A DNA stretch of 64,000 bases from Kiritimatiellia bacterium (GCA_050949565.1 JBMNFY010000007.1:128001-192000); one strand, 5' to 3'. Counted from the first letter of the stretch, positions 49,270 through 60,438 are shown. Numbers and translations: made by a program. The notes: generated by a model not told the origin, from the sequence alone.

Positions 49270-50700
49270 TTATTTGCAAAGCGTGTAGAGCACGCCTGCG
49301 ACCACCGCCGAACCGATCACGCCTGAGACGTTCGGCCCCATAGCGTGCATCAGCAGGTAGTTGTCAGGATCGGACTCCAGACCGACCTTGTTGGACACGC
49401 GCGCCGCCATCGGCACCGCCGAGACGCCGGCCGAACCGATCAAGGGGTTGATCGGATCCTTGCAGAACTTGTTCATCAGACGACCCATCCAGCAACCACC
49501 GGCCGTACCAAAGCTGAAGGCGATCAACCCCAAGATCAAAATGCCCAACGTTTCTGGATTCAGGAACTTTTCGCAGGCCAACTTGGAGCCGACCGCAAGC
49601 CCCAGCATGATCGTCACGATGTTGATCAAGGCGTTCGCCATGGTGTCGGCGATACGCGCCACACTGGGGCCAACCTCGCGCGCTAGGTTGCCGAGCATCA
49701 ATGCGCCAATCAGCGGCACCGCGCTGGGCAACAGCAATGCGCAGAGCAACAGCACGGTCAACGGGAAGCAGACCTTCTCCATCTTCGAGACGTGACGGAG
49801 TTGCTTCATCACGATCTTGCGTTCACTTTCAGGGACGATCGCCTTCATGATCGGCGGCTGGATGATCGGCACCAGCGCCATGTACGAGTAGGCCGCCACC
49901 GCGACCGCCCCTAGCAGGTGCGGGGCCAACTTGGTCGTCAGCCAGATGGCAGTCGGGCCATCCGCGCCGCCGATGATACCGATTGACGAAGCTTCTTTCA
50001 GTCCGAAGTTGATGTGCTCGGGGAAGATCATCGAGAGGCAGAGCGCGCCCAGCAGCGCGACGAAAATGCCAAGCTGCGCGGCCGCACCCAGCAACGCCGT
50101 ACGCGGGTTGGCGATCAGCGGACCAAAGTCGGTCATCGCGCCCACACCCATGAAGATGATGATCGGGAAGAGGCCGGTGTTGACGCCGAACTCGAAGAAG
50201 TAATAGAGGGATCCGCCGGGTTCGAGCACCAGCTTCGTAGCCGCATCCACCAGCGGCGGCGCGGTGACATTCGCGAACGGCATGTTGGCCAGCAGGCCAC
50301 CGAAGCCGATCGGCAACAGCAGCAGCGGCTCGAACTCTTTGACGATCGCCAAATAGAGCAGCACAAGGCAAACAAGGATCATGACCGCCTGCCCCAGCCC
50401 GTACGGCATCCCGAAGATGACCTTCACCGCCTGCCCCGGCATGTGGGCACCCGACGGCGTCAGGTAACCTTCAGTCACATATTTAGGCGGATCTTTGGCG
50501 AGAAACCCTTTGATCCCGGTATCATCCTTGAGTTGCTTCACTTTGCGGACCATCGTCCGCCAATCGTCGCCCGTGGCAGTCTGAGCGACCGCACCGTCAG
50601 CCGTCGCAACCGGTGCCGCAGGCTGCGCCCCGGCATCTGCCGAAAACGCCGAACCGGCAAGCACCACCACACACACCATCATCGTATAGAGAAATTTCAT
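49270..50700 (-). CDS. oadB: Na+-translocating decarboxylase beta subunit, copy 2
   Basis: [43 protein letters not shown] motifs. Confidence 0.95.
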   Translation of the reverse strand: MKFLYTMMVCVVVLAGSAFSADAGAQPAAPVATADGAVAQTATGDDWRTMVRKVKQLKDDTGIKGFLAKDPPKYVTEGYLTPSGAHMPGQAVKVIFGMPYGLGQAVMILVCLVLLYLAIVKEFEPLLLLPIGFGGLLANMPFANVTAPPLVDAATKLVLEPGGSLYYFFEFGVNTGLFPIIIFMGVGAMTDFGPLIANPRTALLGAAAQLGIFVALLGALCLSMIFPEHINFGLKEASSIGIIGGADGPTAIWLTTKLAPHLLGAVAVAAYSYMALVPIIQPPIMKAIVPESERKIVMKQLRHVSKMEKVCFPLTVLLLCALLLPSAVPLIGALMLGNLAREVGPSVARIADTMANALINIVTIMLGLAVGSKLACEKFLNPETLGILILGLIAFSFGTAGGCWMGRLMNKFCKDPINPLIGSAGVSAVPMAARVSNKVGLESDPDNYLLMHAMGPNVSGVIGSAVVAGVLYTLCK

Positions 50701-50722
50701 ACAGCAATCCTTTCATTCATCC

Positions 50723-51176
50723 TTACGCCAAGAGAGCCAGCAGGTCGTCGGTATTGACCTTGTCACCGACATTCACATACACCGCAGCGACACTTCCGGC
50801 ACGCGGAGCATGTACCGGGGTTTCCATCTTCATGACATCCAGAACGATCAGAACGTCATCTTGTGCCACGGCATCGCCGGGCTTGACTTCCACGCGCAGC
50901 ACCGCGCCCGGCAACACTGCGCGGATCTCTTCCTGTTCGGTTGCGTCAGCGGCGACGACCGGCGCCGCGGCGGCGGCCGCTGGCGCGCTTGGCTTTCTGG
51001 CGCGCGGTGCGCGTCTTCTTTTTAGGCTCCTCATCCGGCAGGATGTGGTTAAAACGGGGAATAATCACAGCAAAACGGTTCATCACCCAAACCATGAGGG
51101 CGAGGAACACATAAACAATGCCCATGCCTGCAACCAGCAGGACGAGGCCTTGCATCAAGGTGTTAGTGTTGACCAT
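50723..51176 (-). CDS. OadG-like membrane subunit apparently fused to a biotin carrier domain (frame switch near 51000)
   Basis: GLVLLVAGMGIVYVFL (OadG), then Ala/Pro linker and DVMKMETPV biotinyl motif in the adjacent frame. Confidence 0.75.
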
Positions 51177-51351
51177 ATACGACTCCTGGGGCCAGTGCCC
51201 CCTTCTACGAATGACAAAAAGGGAAAGGAAACTGAACAAACGTGACCGCACGCGAAACGGCGGCAGATTAAGACACCGTCCACAAAACGGGGTCACAAGA
51301 AAAAGAGACTGAGCGTCGAATCTAGGTACTGAACGCTTAAGTCATATCGAA

Positions 51352-51385
51352 CTCTCAACGTTCAACGCTCAACGTTCAATGTTCA
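51352..51385. repeat. Short heptamer tandem repeat
   Basis: CTCAACG TTCAACG CTCAACG TTCAATG TTCA. Confidence 0.7.
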
Positions 51386-51395
51386 GGATTCAAGG

Positions 51396-51848
51396 TCAAC
51401 ACAGCACCGGAGAGGCGTGTGCGAGCAAAAAGAAATACGGATGCAGAATGCTCCGCAGCGAAGAGAAATTGCAAAAACCCGCCCTAGCACGCCGAAGCGG
51501 CGGCCGCATATTATCGTGAAATCTAGACCACACGACGTCCGGCGCACGGGTAAGGCGGAGCGCATCCGACGCAACGACAAGCCCGCCCCGGCGCGCGGGC
51601 AGCAGTGCGTCGCACTGTAGCCCGTCCTCGACGCCCGTCCAAGAAGAACCCGCCGCGTCGCCGCCTTGACCGCCCCATGACGATTCGGAATTCGCGACGC
51701 CGCCGGATGTGAGTGCGCCGAGCAAGGTTCCGGTGCAGACCCGTCCACCCGTCTGCAACAGGAACGCCAATGCGAACAGTGCCGCGAACGCCGCCCTGCG
51801 GATAACGTTCACGGACTGTCCGTTAGACTCTTGCCCAAAACGCTTCAT
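51396..51848 (-). CDS. Hypothetical protein
   Basis: ATG 5 nt after the oadB stop; hydrophobic N-terminal segment. Confidence 0.4.
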   Translation of the reverse strand: MKRFGQESNGQSVNVIRRAAFAALFALAFLLQTGGRVCTGTLLGALTSGGVANSESSWGGQGGDAAGSSWTGVEDGLQCDALLPARRGGLVVASDALRLTRAPDVVWSRFHDNMRPPLRRARAGFCNFSSLRSILHPYFFLLAHASPVLC

Positions 51849-51853
51849 TTAAG

Positions 51854-53287
51854 TCATTTGCAGAGCGTGTAAAGCACGCCCGCGACCACCGCCGAACCGA
51901 TCACGCCCGAGACGTTCGGCCCCATGGCGTGCATCAGCAGGTAGTTGCTCGGGTCGGATTCCAGACCAACCTTGTTGGACACGCGTGCCGCCATCGGCAC
52001 CGCCGAGACGCCGGCCGAACCGATCAAGGGGTTGATCGGATCTTTGCAGAACTTGTTCATCAGGCGCCCCATGAGACATCCGGCACCCGTGCCGCAGGCG
52101 AAGGCCAAGAGGCCAAGTGCAAGAATACCCAGCGTTTCCGGATTCAGGAATTTTTCACACGCCAGCTTGGAGCCGACCGCAAGACCCAACATGATGGTGA
52201 CGATGTTAATGAGAGCATTCGACATGGTGTCAGCAATACGTGCGACGATAGGGCCAGCTTCGCGCGCCAGATTGCCGAGCATCAGCGCACCGACCAGCGG
52301 CACTGCGCTGGGAAGCAACAACGCGCAGAGCAGCAACACGATCAGCGGGAAGCAGACCTTCTCCATCTTCGAGACGTGGCGCAGCTGCTTCATCACGATC
52401 TTGCGCTCCGCGCTCGGGCACCATCGCCAGCGCATGATCGGCGGCTGGATGATCGGCACAAGAGCCATGTACGAGTAAGCCGCCACTGCAATCGCTCCTA
52501 GCAAGTGTGGAGCCAGCTTAGAGGTTAACCAGATGGCGGTCGGGCCGTCTGCACCGCCGATAATGCCGATTGACGCCGCCTCTTTTAGTCCGAAGTTGAT
52601 ATGCTCGGGGAAGATCATCGAGAGGCAGAGTGCACCCAGCAACGCGATGAAAATGCCGAACTGCGCAGCCGCGCCCAGCAGCGCCGTGCGCGGGTTGGCG
52701 ATCAGCGGGCCGAAGTCGGTCATCGCACCCACGCCCATGAAGATGATGATCGGGAAGAGACCGGTGTTGACACCGAATTCGAAGAAGTAGTAGAGAAAGC
52801 CGCCCGGTTCGAGCACCAGCTTCGTGGCCGCGTCCACCACCGGCGGCGCGGTGACATTCGCGAACGGCATGTTGGCCAGCAGCCCGCCGAAGCCGATCGG
52901 CAACAGCAGCAACGGCTCGAACTCCTTGACAATCGCCAAGTAGAGCAACACAAGGCAAACAAGGATCATGATCGCCTGGCCCAACCCGTACGGCAGTCCG
53001 AAGATGACTTTCACCTCCTGCCCCGGCATGTGGGCACCCGATGGCGTCAGATAGCCCTCAGTCAGATATTTCGGCGGGTCCTTGGAGAGGAACCCCTTGA
53101 TCCCGGTATCATCCTTGAGTTGTTTGACCTTACGGACCATCGTCCGCCAATCGTCGTCTGCGGCTGTCTTTGCGACCGCACCACTAGCCGTTGCAGCCGG
53201 TGCCGTAGGCTGCGCACCGGCGTCCGCCGAAAACGCCGGACCGGCAAGCGTGAGCGCGACCGCGCAAGTCAGAATAAAAGTCTTCAT
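51854..53287 (-). CDS. oadB: Na+-translocating decarboxylase beta subunit, copy 1
   Basis: Same motifs as 49270-50700; highly similar paralog. Confidence 0.95.
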   Translation of the reverse strand: MKTFILTCAVALTLAGPAFSADAGAQPTAPAATASGAVAKTAADDDWRTMVRKVKQLKDDTGIKGFLSKDPPKYLTEGYLTPSGAHMPGQEVKVIFGLPYGLGQAIMILVCLVLLYLAIVKEFEPLLLLPIGFGGLLANMPFANVTAPPVVDAATKLVLEPGGFLYYFFEFGVNTGLFPIIIFMGVGAMTDFGPLIANPRTALLGAAAQFGIFIALLGALCLSMIFPEHINFGLKEAASIGIIGGADGPTAIWLTSKLAPHLLGAIAVAAYSYMALVPIIQPPIMRWRWCPSAERKIVMKQLRHVSKMEKVCFPLIVLLLCALLLPSAVPLVGALMLGNLAREAGPIVARIADTMSNALINIVTIMLGLAVGSKLACEKFLNPETLGILALGLLAFACGTGAGCLMGRLMNKFCKDPINPLIGSAGVSAVPMAARVSNKVGLESDPSNYLLMHAMGPNVSGVIGSAVVAGVLYTLCK

Positions 53288-53358
53288 AGCAAATTTCCAA
53301 AATTAGGTTAAGGTGGCGGGCCGATCGTGTGGTGAGACAGCGTCGGCCCGGTGACACA

Positions 53359-55185
53359 TTAGCCAACCACAACCAGCACTTCGCCGGTGTTGACCTTGTC
53401 GGTCTGGGCCACAAGAACGGCCTTCACCATGCCGTCGCAGGGCGAGACCACAGGCGTCTCCATCTTCATGACGTCCAGCACGACCAGCTCATCGCCTTCG
53501 GCGACGACGTCGCCCTCCGACACGTTGACGCGCAGAACCACGCCGGGGACTGCAGCCTTGACCTCGGTCTCCGCGCCACCGGCGGATGCCGCCGGGGCTG
53601 CCGGGGCGGCAGAAGCGGACGGCGCAACGGTGAGACCGTCGGCCACGCTCACGGCGTACTCCTTGCCATTCACCCGCGCCTTGCCATCCTTCAGCTCGAC
53701 AGCAAAGGCTTTGCCGTTGACCGTCACCGTATAGCCGTCCGGTTTAGCGCCGCCAGCGGCGGGCGCGGCCTTCTTGGCAGACGCGTTCTTGCGGATGCCG
53801 AGCTGTGCCTTGCCCTCGAGGAAGAGAATACCCTTCTCCTGACAGGCGGCGGCGATAAAGACGTTCTCGTCGTTGACCGGAAGGTTCTTGTCGGTCAGCA
53901 TCTTCGTGAAGTGGGCGATCGACTTATTCGGGTCGGCGTCGTTGATCTCCAGCACCGTCTTCGTGGTGGGCGGCAGATCGAGTTGTTCAGAAGCGATCTT
54001 GACAATCTCAGGGTCAGGCTCGACCGGCGTCTTGCCGAAGTAGCCAAGCACCATCTTGCCGTAGCCGGGGGCGATCTTCTTCCACGGCCCCTGCAGCACG
54101 TTGTTGAAGGCCTGCTGGAAGTAGAACTGCGAGACCGGCGTGACTGAGGTGCCGAAACCACCACGACGCACGACTTCAGACATCGCGGCGATGATCTCGT
54201 TATAGCGGCTCATCAGATTGTTGTCACGCAACATCTGGGTGTTGGCCGTAAGCGCACCACCCGGCATGGGGGACCAGGGGATCATCGGTTCGACCTTGGT
54301 CGCCTCCGGCGGTAAGAAGTAGTCCTTCATGCACTCGTTGAAGATCTTCTCGGCCTCGCGTACCTTGTCGATATCGACGTCCAAATGATACTCGCTACCG
54401 CGCAACGCATGCCACATGACGATCACGTCGGGCTGGCAGGTGCCGCCCGAGACCGGCGAGAGCGAGAGGTCAATCGCATCCGCACCAGCGTCGAGCGCGG
54501 CCTTGTAGGCAGTGACACTGCAACCGGCGGTCTCATGCGTATGGTATTGAAGCTGCGTGCCTTCCGGCAGCATCTTGCGGGCGCGCTTGATCGTCTCGTA
54601 GACGTAAGCCGGCACCGAGGTGCCGGAGGCGTCTTTGAAGCAGACCGAATCAAACGGGATATCCGCATCAAGAATCGAGCGCAACGTCTTCTCGTAGAAG
54701 TCCGGATCGTGCGCGCCAGTGCAGCCCGGGGGCAGCGCCATCATGGTCACCACGACCTGATGCTTGAGACCGGCCTCGTGAATACAGCGGCCGGAGTAGA
54801 TCAGGTTGTTGACATCATTGAGCGCGTCGAAGTTGCGGATCGTGGTGATGCCGTGCTTCTTAAAGAGTTGCGCATGCAGACGGATAACGTCCGACGAAGC
54901 GGAGTCGAGGCAGACGATGTTCACGCCGCGGGAGAGCGTCTGCAGGTTCGCGTCCGCCCCGGCCACCTCGCGGAAGCGGTCCATCATGCGGAACGAATCT
55001 TCATTGCAGTAGAAGTAGAGCGATTGGAACATCGCGCCGCCACCAGCCTCGAAGTAGGTAATACCGGCGTCGCGGGCCGCCGCCACAGCAGGCATGAAAT
55101 CCTCGGTGAGGACGCGGGTGCCGTAGACGGATTGAAAACCGTCACGGAAAGCGGTACACATGAAATCAACTTTTTTCTTAGCCAC
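53359..55185 (-). CDS. oadA: Oxaloacetate decarboxylase alpha / pyruvate carboxylase B-type subunit (carboxyltransferase plus biotin carrier)
   Basis: FRDGFQS, FDALND, KDASG, HTH, VTPVSQ, DVMKMET motifs; lies between oadG and oadB. Confidence 0.88.
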   Translation of the reverse strand: MAKKKVDFMCTAFRDGFQSVYGTRVLTEDFMPAVAAARDAGITYFEAGGGAMFQSLYFYCNEDSFRMMDRFREVAGADANLQTLSRGVNIVCLDSASSDVIRLHAQLFKKHGITTIRNFDALNDVNNLIYSGRCIHEAGLKHQVVVTMMALPPGCTGAHDPDFYEKTLRSILDADIPFDSVCFKDASGTSVPAYVYETIKRARKMLPEGTQLQYHTHETAGCSVTAYKAALDAGADAIDLSLSPVSGGTCQPDVIVMWHALRGSEYHLDVDIDKVREAEKIFNECMKDYFLPPEATKVEPMIPWSPMPGGALTANTQMLRDNNLMSRYNEIIAAMSEVVRRGGFGTSVTPVSQFYFQQAFNNVLQGPWKKIAPGYGKMVLGYFGKTPVEPDPEIVKIASEQLDLPPTTKTVLEINDADPNKSIAHFTKMLTDKNLPVNDENVFIAAACQEKGILFLEGKAQLGIRKNASAKKAAPAAGGAKPDGYTVTVNGKAFAVELKDGKARVNGKEYAVSVADGLTVAPSASAAPAAPAASAGGAETEVKAAVPGVVLRVNVSEGDVVAEGDELVVLDVMKMETPVVSPCDGMVKAVLVAQTDKVNTGEVLVVVG

Positions 55186-55253
55186 GGTATGCTCCTTGCG
55201 GGATAGGTAATGGGTGTTAGGGGTTGTTGAAAAAAAATGGTTGGTGTTTGGTC

Positions 55254-55487
55254 TTAGTTTACGCGTGCTTGAGCCGCCGCAACCGCGATCGCGATCAGCA
55301 CGGTGTCGTCATCAGCCCGTGCGACAGGACGCGTCCGCTTCTTGGGCTCCTCATCCGGCAGGATGTGATTAAAGCGCGACACAATCGTAGTGGAGCGGTT
55401 CATGACCCAGACCAACAGGGCGAGGAACACGGAAACGATGCCCATGCCTGCGACCAGTAAGACCAAACCTTGTTGAAAAATAGCCAT
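55254..55487 (-). CDS. oadG: Na+-translocating decarboxylase gamma subunit
   Basis: QGLVLLVAGMGIVSVFLALL and IAIAVAAA; GAGGAG RBS. Confidence 0.88.
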   Translation of the reverse strand: MAIFQQGLVLLVAGMGIVSVFLALLVWVMNRSTTIVSRFNHILPDEEPKKRTRPVARADDDTVLIAIAVAAAQARVN

Positions 55488-55639
55488 CTAGAGACTCCTC
55501 TGTGATGAAAATAACATTTTGCCGTCCGATTATATCGGAAATCGGGGGGGGGTGTATAGCTCAAAATTTAACTAAAAAATCGCCAAATCGCCATCGCCAA
55601 TCCGCCGGCAACACAAGCCTGACAACTTACGACCTCGCG

Positions 55640-55682
55640 AAAGAAAAGAAGGGGTTGCCGGAACTTGAAACCGGCAACCCCG
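55640..55682 (-). terminator. Intrinsic terminator after the Gfo/Idh/MocA gene
   Basis: GGGGTTGCCGG...CCGGCAACCCC stem next to an A-rich tract (U-tract on the minus strand). Confidence 0.75.
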
Positions 55683-55699
55683 ACTTGAAACGCGTTGTG

Positions 55700-57082
55700 T
55701 CAAAGCTTCCAAGGCGCACGCATCGGGCGTTCCAGCATCCGGTTCGCCTCATCGTCGCCCGCGAACACCTCTTTTACGGGATCCCACTTGAGTGAGCGTC
55801 CCAGCTTATAGGCAATTATCACCAACTGCCCAAGCGATGCGGAGCGGTGCCCGATTTCCTCGTGCGAACTTGGACGCTCGCGGCTCTTGATGCATTCGAA
55901 CCAGTTGGCGTGATGGTTGTTGGCACCGCTCACCTCCCGCCGCGTCAGTTTCATTTCGTCGAACAGGCTCTCCGGCCCCGCCTCCAACTTGCCGCCGCCG
56001 TACAGGATCGTCAGCCAGCCGCGTTCGCCCACAAACACCCCGCCAAAATTCCCCACCAAGCGTGCCTCTTGTGGCAGCACGTCTTTGTATAACTTCTTGG
56101 CCTGATCCCAGTTGTCGACATGGTGCAGCAGAACCCCATTGGCATAACGGCAGGTCAATGTCGGGTAGCCGCCGTCTGACGGCTGAATCAGTTCAACCGG
56201 ACCGCTCTCCTCAAGGCCCAGTGCGTACTGGATCACATCGGTCGCGTGCGAGTGGTAGCCGGTCGACGCCCCCAGTCCGAAATCTTCGCAGAAATTCCAC
56301 GGCACCACACCCGGAATCGGATTGCGGTGGTAGTGATGGTTGTACGGATGCCACGGCGCGGGACCGACCCACTGCTCCCAATCCAAACCTTCGGGCACCG
56401 GTTCTTCCGGCAACACCGGATTCAGCGGCACGCGTGATTTGCCGAGCAACGGAATGTTCTGCCACCCCCAGATGGTAAAGACATGCTTCACTTTACCCAG
56501 CCCGCCCGCGCGCACGAAAGCGATCGCCTGGTTGAGCGTCTGCATCGAGCGGTACTGCGAGCCGGTCTGGAATACGCGCTTGTTGGCGCGCACGGCTTCG
56601 ACCAGCGCACGGCCTTGGCGCAGCGTCAGCGAAACTGGCTTTTCGCAGTAGACGTCTTTGCCCGCCTTTACCGCATGCACGGAGATCGGCGTGTGCCAAT
56701 GGTCGGGCGTCGCCACCACCACGGCATCAATGTCGGCGCGCGCCAACATTTCGCGGTAGTCGGAGTAGGCCGCGCATCCGCTGTAGCTGCCTTCGGGACG
56801 CGACACCGCGTAGTTCGATTCGACAACCTCCTTGCCATCTTGGCAACGCGACCGGTCGGGATCGCACACCGCCAACACCTGAATGCCCTTGTCACCGACC
56901 AGCCGCCGCAAATGTCCCCGTCCCATGCAACCGTGTCCGACCAGTCCCACAGCGATCCGGTTGGCCGGTGCTGTTGTCCCGTCGGCGCCGCGCGCCGATG
57001 CGGGCACGATCCACGGCATCGCCAGCGCGCCTGCCGTCCCACTCATGAAAGCCCGACGTGATAGTGAATGCTTGAGTGACAT
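55700..57082 (-). CDS. Tat-exported Gfo/Idh/MocA oxidoreductase
   Basis: SRRAFM Tat motif, ATPDHWH, GKDVYCEKP. Confidence 0.92.
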   Translation of the reverse strand: MSLKHSLSRRAFMSGTAGALAMPWIVPASARGADGTTAPANRIAVGLVGHGCMGRGHLRRLVGDKGIQVLAVCDPDRSRCQDGKEVVESNYAVSRPEGSYSGCAAYSDYREMLARADIDAVVVATPDHWHTPISVHAVKAGKDVYCEKPVSLTLRQGRALVEAVRANKRVFQTGSQYRSMQTLNQAIAFVRAGGLGKVKHVFTIWGWQNIPLLGKSRVPLNPVLPEEPVPEGLDWEQWVGPAPWHPYNHHYHRNPIPGVVPWNFCEDFGLGASTGYHSHATDVIQYALGLEESGPVELIQPSDGGYPTLTCRYANGVLLHHVDNWDQAKKLYKDVLPQEARLVGNFGGVFVGERGWLTILYGGGKLEAGPESLFDEMKLTRREVSGANNHHANWFECIKSRERPSSHEEIGHRSASLGQLVIIAYKLGRSLKWDPVKEVFAGDDEANRMLERPMRAPWKL

Positions 57083-57096
57083 CTCTTCCCCTTTTC

Positions 57097-58824
57097 CTAT
57101 TTGCTCAACGACAAGCTGAGCTGATTGAAAAACTCAATACAACGTTGCACAGGCGGCTCGTTCTCCAGCCAGTCACGTGAATACTCGAGCCCCACCATGA
57201 CCGGTTTTACCTGTAGTTCGTGCATTTTGCGCAGCAGCGCCTCGGTCTGTCCCGCGCCGCTTCCCCACGGCACATCAGCCCCCTTCGGCCCCGCCACGTC
57301 CAAGTCGTGAAGTTGCAACGTGATCAGGCGATCTTTCAACTGCTCGATGCCCTTGACCGGATCGATCCCGTCGCGTATCCAGTAGCCCACGTCCGCGCAC
57401 GCCCCCATGTAACTGCTGCGTCCCGCGCACACACGCAGGATCGCCTCGGGGCTCCAATAGTGCGGCGAGGCCTTGCGGTCATGGTTGTGCAGCCCGACTT
57501 TGATGCCGTACTCCTGACAGAAGCGATCGATCATCGGCAGCGCCTCCACCGCCGGTTCCGTCATAAAAACCTCAATGCCCATCTTACGCCCGAACTCAAA
57601 AACCGCGCGGCATCCCGCTTCATCGTTCGGGATAGTATGGTAGTAGTAGGTCAGCATGCGCACGCCTGCTTCGTCCATTTTCAGCCGGATGGCTTGCAAC
57701 TCATCGTCCGAGAGGTTCGGCGTGAAATTCTTGGGGATATCCTTGCTAACCTTTTGGAAACTCAGGCCGCCGACATACGGCAACCCCAGCTTCGCGGTCT
57801 TCTCGATGGTTTCGAAAAGGGTGTACTTGTGGAAAGTGTAGGCCTCGATACCCAACCGCCATCCCAGTTTCTCCTGTGCCCGGAGCGCCGGCGTGAGCAG
57901 ACCGCTCGGCAGGGTCGGTGCGGGCAGGTCGCCCAGCGCGAACTGCGCACCGGCCAGGAAGAACGGTAGCAGGTTCGGGTTTTTGAAGATCGCCGGATGA
58001 TGTCCGAACCCCGCGTAGAACACGCGCCCGCGCCCGTACTGCCGGACCCACGCCATCGCGTAATCCTTGTCCGCGCGATACGCGCCGTCGCGCGGCTCGT
58101 TGGAAAGGTCGGTCCGTTCGGTATCGATGCTGAGCAGCACGCGGTTGCGCCGACGCGAGTAGGTGCGCTGCGGACGGAAGAACTCATCCTGCAGCTTGAA
58201 ACCCTGACCGCCGAAACAGGCGAGCAGCGGATGGTCGGGATCGTCAAGCTTCATGAAGACCTGCTCATCCGCCGCACGATGAGCCGCGCCACGCGTCCCC
58301 AACATGATGCCGTACTCCGGCCAATCCTCTTTCCCGCCCTCTTTCCAACGCAGGAAGGCCACGGAAGCACCGTGTACTCCCATCAAGCCGCCGCCTCCGA
58401 CCACGAACTCCAGCAGATTTTTCCGCAGTTGCGGATCGGTAAAGAGATTGCCGACCGTGTTGTTCAGAAAGACAGCGTCGAACTGCGCCAGCGACTCACG
58501 CTGGAACACCGCCGGATCACGCGAAATGACCGTCTCAAACGCGCCGGTCTTTTGGCCCATGAGCGTGAAGGCCTGCTCGGCCGTCGGGATCGAACGGTGC
58601 CCGCCGTATTCCACATTCAAACTGAAGATCAACAGCTTGCGCGGCCGCAGCGGTTTGACCGGCGCAGTCGCCGGCAAAGCTGCCTCAATCGCGGCCCGCT
58701 CATCCGATCCGGCTGCGAGACCGCTGATCGGACATGTCAAGACCGCCGCACCCAAAGCCGCGTCCCGCAAAAACGCCCTACGTGAAAACCGACCTCTCTC
58801 CCCTACTCCGGCATCGTATCGCAT
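57097..58824 (-). CDS. Tat-exported ThuA-like domain plus sugar-phosphate isomerase/epimerase TIM-barrel fusion
   Basis: SRRAFL; YGRGRVFYAGFGH (ThuA); AYTF, LHNH, DVG, HD motifs. Confidence 0.85.
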   Translation of the reverse strand: MRYDAGVGERGRFSRRAFLRDAALGAAVLTCPISGLAAGSDERAAIEAALPATAPVKPLRPRKLLIFSLNVEYGGHRSIPTAEQAFTLMGQKTGAFETVISRDPAVFQRESLAQFDAVFLNNTVGNLFTDPQLRKNLLEFVVGGGGLMGVHGASVAFLRWKEGGKEDWPEYGIMLGTRGAAHRAADEQVFMKLDDPDHPLLACFGGQGFKLQDEFFRPQRTYSRRRNRVLLSIDTERTDLSNEPRDGAYRADKDYAMAWVRQYGRGRVFYAGFGHHPAIFKNPNLLPFFLAGAQFALGDLPAPTLPSGLLTPALRAQEKLGWRLGIEAYTFHKYTLFETIEKTAKLGLPYVGGLSFQKVSKDIPKNFTPNLSDDELQAIRLKMDEAGVRMLTYYYHTIPNDEAGCRAVFEFGRKMGIEVFMTEPAVEALPMIDRFCQEYGIKVGLHNHDRKASPHYWSPEAILRVCAGRSSYMGACADVGYWIRDGIDPVKGIEQLKDRLITLQLHDLDVAGPKGADVPWGSGAGQTEALLRKMHELQVKPVMVGLEYSRDWLENEPPVQRCIEFFNQLSLSLSK

Positions 58825-59016
58825 GAAACCCCCTACCACTCAAATGATGGCTGATGACTGTTTTTCAACTATGGTAAGACTGTACGCCGGAACTGCTCCC
58901 CGCGTCAACGAAAGAAAATGTAACGCGGCGTTGCCTTGCCACATCCCGGCCAAACATGTTAACCTTCCAAACAACTCCGTTCGGTTGTACCGAACATTAC
59001 TCTCAAAGGGGAAACC

Positions 59017-60411
59017 ATGACGACATCACGTAGAAGTTTTCTTAAGGGCGCCTCGCTGGCAAGTGCGCCGTTCATCCTTCCTTCACGCATCTGGGCCGCT
59101 GAAACCAAGCCCAACGACAAGCCGCGCATGGCCTTCATTGGCTTCGGTATTCAGGCGCGCGGACTGCTGGGGAATTTCTTGCACCAAGATGTATCGGTTG
59201 TTGCCATCTGCGATGTCGATACCACCCGCCGCGAGGAAGCAGTCCAGCGTGTGGATAACTTTTACAAAAACAATCCAAACAAAGGCACCCCCGGCAACTG
59301 CAAGGGATACAACGATTTCCGTGACGTCATCGCACGCAAGGATATCGACCTCGTCTGCGTCGCCACGCCGGATCACTGGCATGCGTATATCACTATCGCC
59401 GCAATGGCCGCCGGCAAGGATGTCTATTGCGAGAAGCCGCTGACCTACAACATCCACGAGGCCGTCGCTGTGATGGCCGCCGCGAAGAAATACAAGCGCA
59501 TCCTCCAGACCGGCGCGATGCAGCGTTCCGGCTTTGAATTCCTGACCGCCGCCGAACTGGTTCGCAACGGTTGCATCGGCAAGATCAAGCATGTGGATTG
59601 CAACTTTGGCGGCCCTTCGCGTCCGCACGTCGACCCGAAAGAAGACATCCCGATGGAACCGGGGCTCGACTGGGATCTGTGGTGCGGCGGCGCGCCGCTC
59701 GTCAAGTACAACGACAAGCTTTCGCCGCGCGGCGTCCACAACTTTTTCCCCATGGTTTGGCGCATGGATGACCTTTTCGGTTCCGGTTATTGCGGCGACT
59801 GGGGCGCGCACCACCTTGATATCGCCCAGTGGGGTCTTGGCATGGACGAGAGCGGCCCGGTGAAGGTAATCCGCGCCGAGCGTTCTGAAAAGGACAAGGC
59901 CAATGTCGAACTCGGCGGCCGCGCACAATCCGGCGTGGTGCTCGAATTCGCCGGGGGCATCACCCTCAAGCACAATCCCTTCTCGCTCTTCGGCACGATC
60001 TTCCACGGCACCGACGGCACGATCTCGGTCAATCGCGGTAAATTCGAGATGACCCACGGCACCGAGTTAATCTCGCGCTTCACCAAAAAAGAAGATGGCG
60101 GCTCGCTCGACGGCGCGCTCGCCAAGGCGCGCAAGGCGTTTCTCACAGACAGCACGTACAAGACCAAGCTCTACAAAACCAAGGGCGGACATCCGGCCGA
60201 TTTCGTGGCTTGTGCAAAGTCGCGTCAACCGGCCTGCTCCAACGAGGATGTCGGCGGCCGCGCGGCCATCCTCTGCCATCTCTGCAACATGTCGTATGTC
60301 CGTGACGCTAGCTTCGACTGGGATCCGCGCAAGAACACCTTTGCCAACGGTACCGGCAATGCCGCCTGGCTGGTGCGCGAGGGTGGTTACCGCTCCAAGT
60401 TCTCGGTCTGA
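59017..60411 (+). CDS. Tat-exported Gfo/Idh/MocA oxidoreductase
   Basis: SRRSFLK, ATPDHWH, GKDVYCEKP, DWGAHHLD motifs. Confidence 0.92.
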   Translation: MTTSRRSFLKGASLASAPFILPSRIWAAETKPNDKPRMAFIGFGIQARGLLGNFLHQDVSVVAICDVDTTRREEAVQRVDNFYKNNPNKGTPGNCKGYNDFRDVIARKDIDLVCVATPDHWHAYITIAAMAAGKDVYCEKPLTYNIHEAVAVMAAAKKYKRILQTGAMQRSGFEFLTAAELVRNGCIGKIKHVDCNFGGPSRPHVDPKEDIPMEPGLDWDLWCGGAPLVKYNDKLSPRGVHNFFPMVWRMDDLFGSGYCGDWGAHHLDIAQWGLGMDESGPVKVIRAERSEKDKANVELGGRAQSGVVLEFAGGITLKHNPFSLFGTIFHGTDGTISVNRGKFEMTHGTELISRFTKKEDGGSLDGALAKARKAFLTDSTYKTKLYKTKGGHPADFVACAKSRQPACSNEDVGGRAAILCHLCNMSYVRDASFDWDPRKNTFANGTGNAAWLVREGGYRSKFSV

Positions 60412-60438
60412 TTGACCCGCATACGAAAGGAAACCCAC

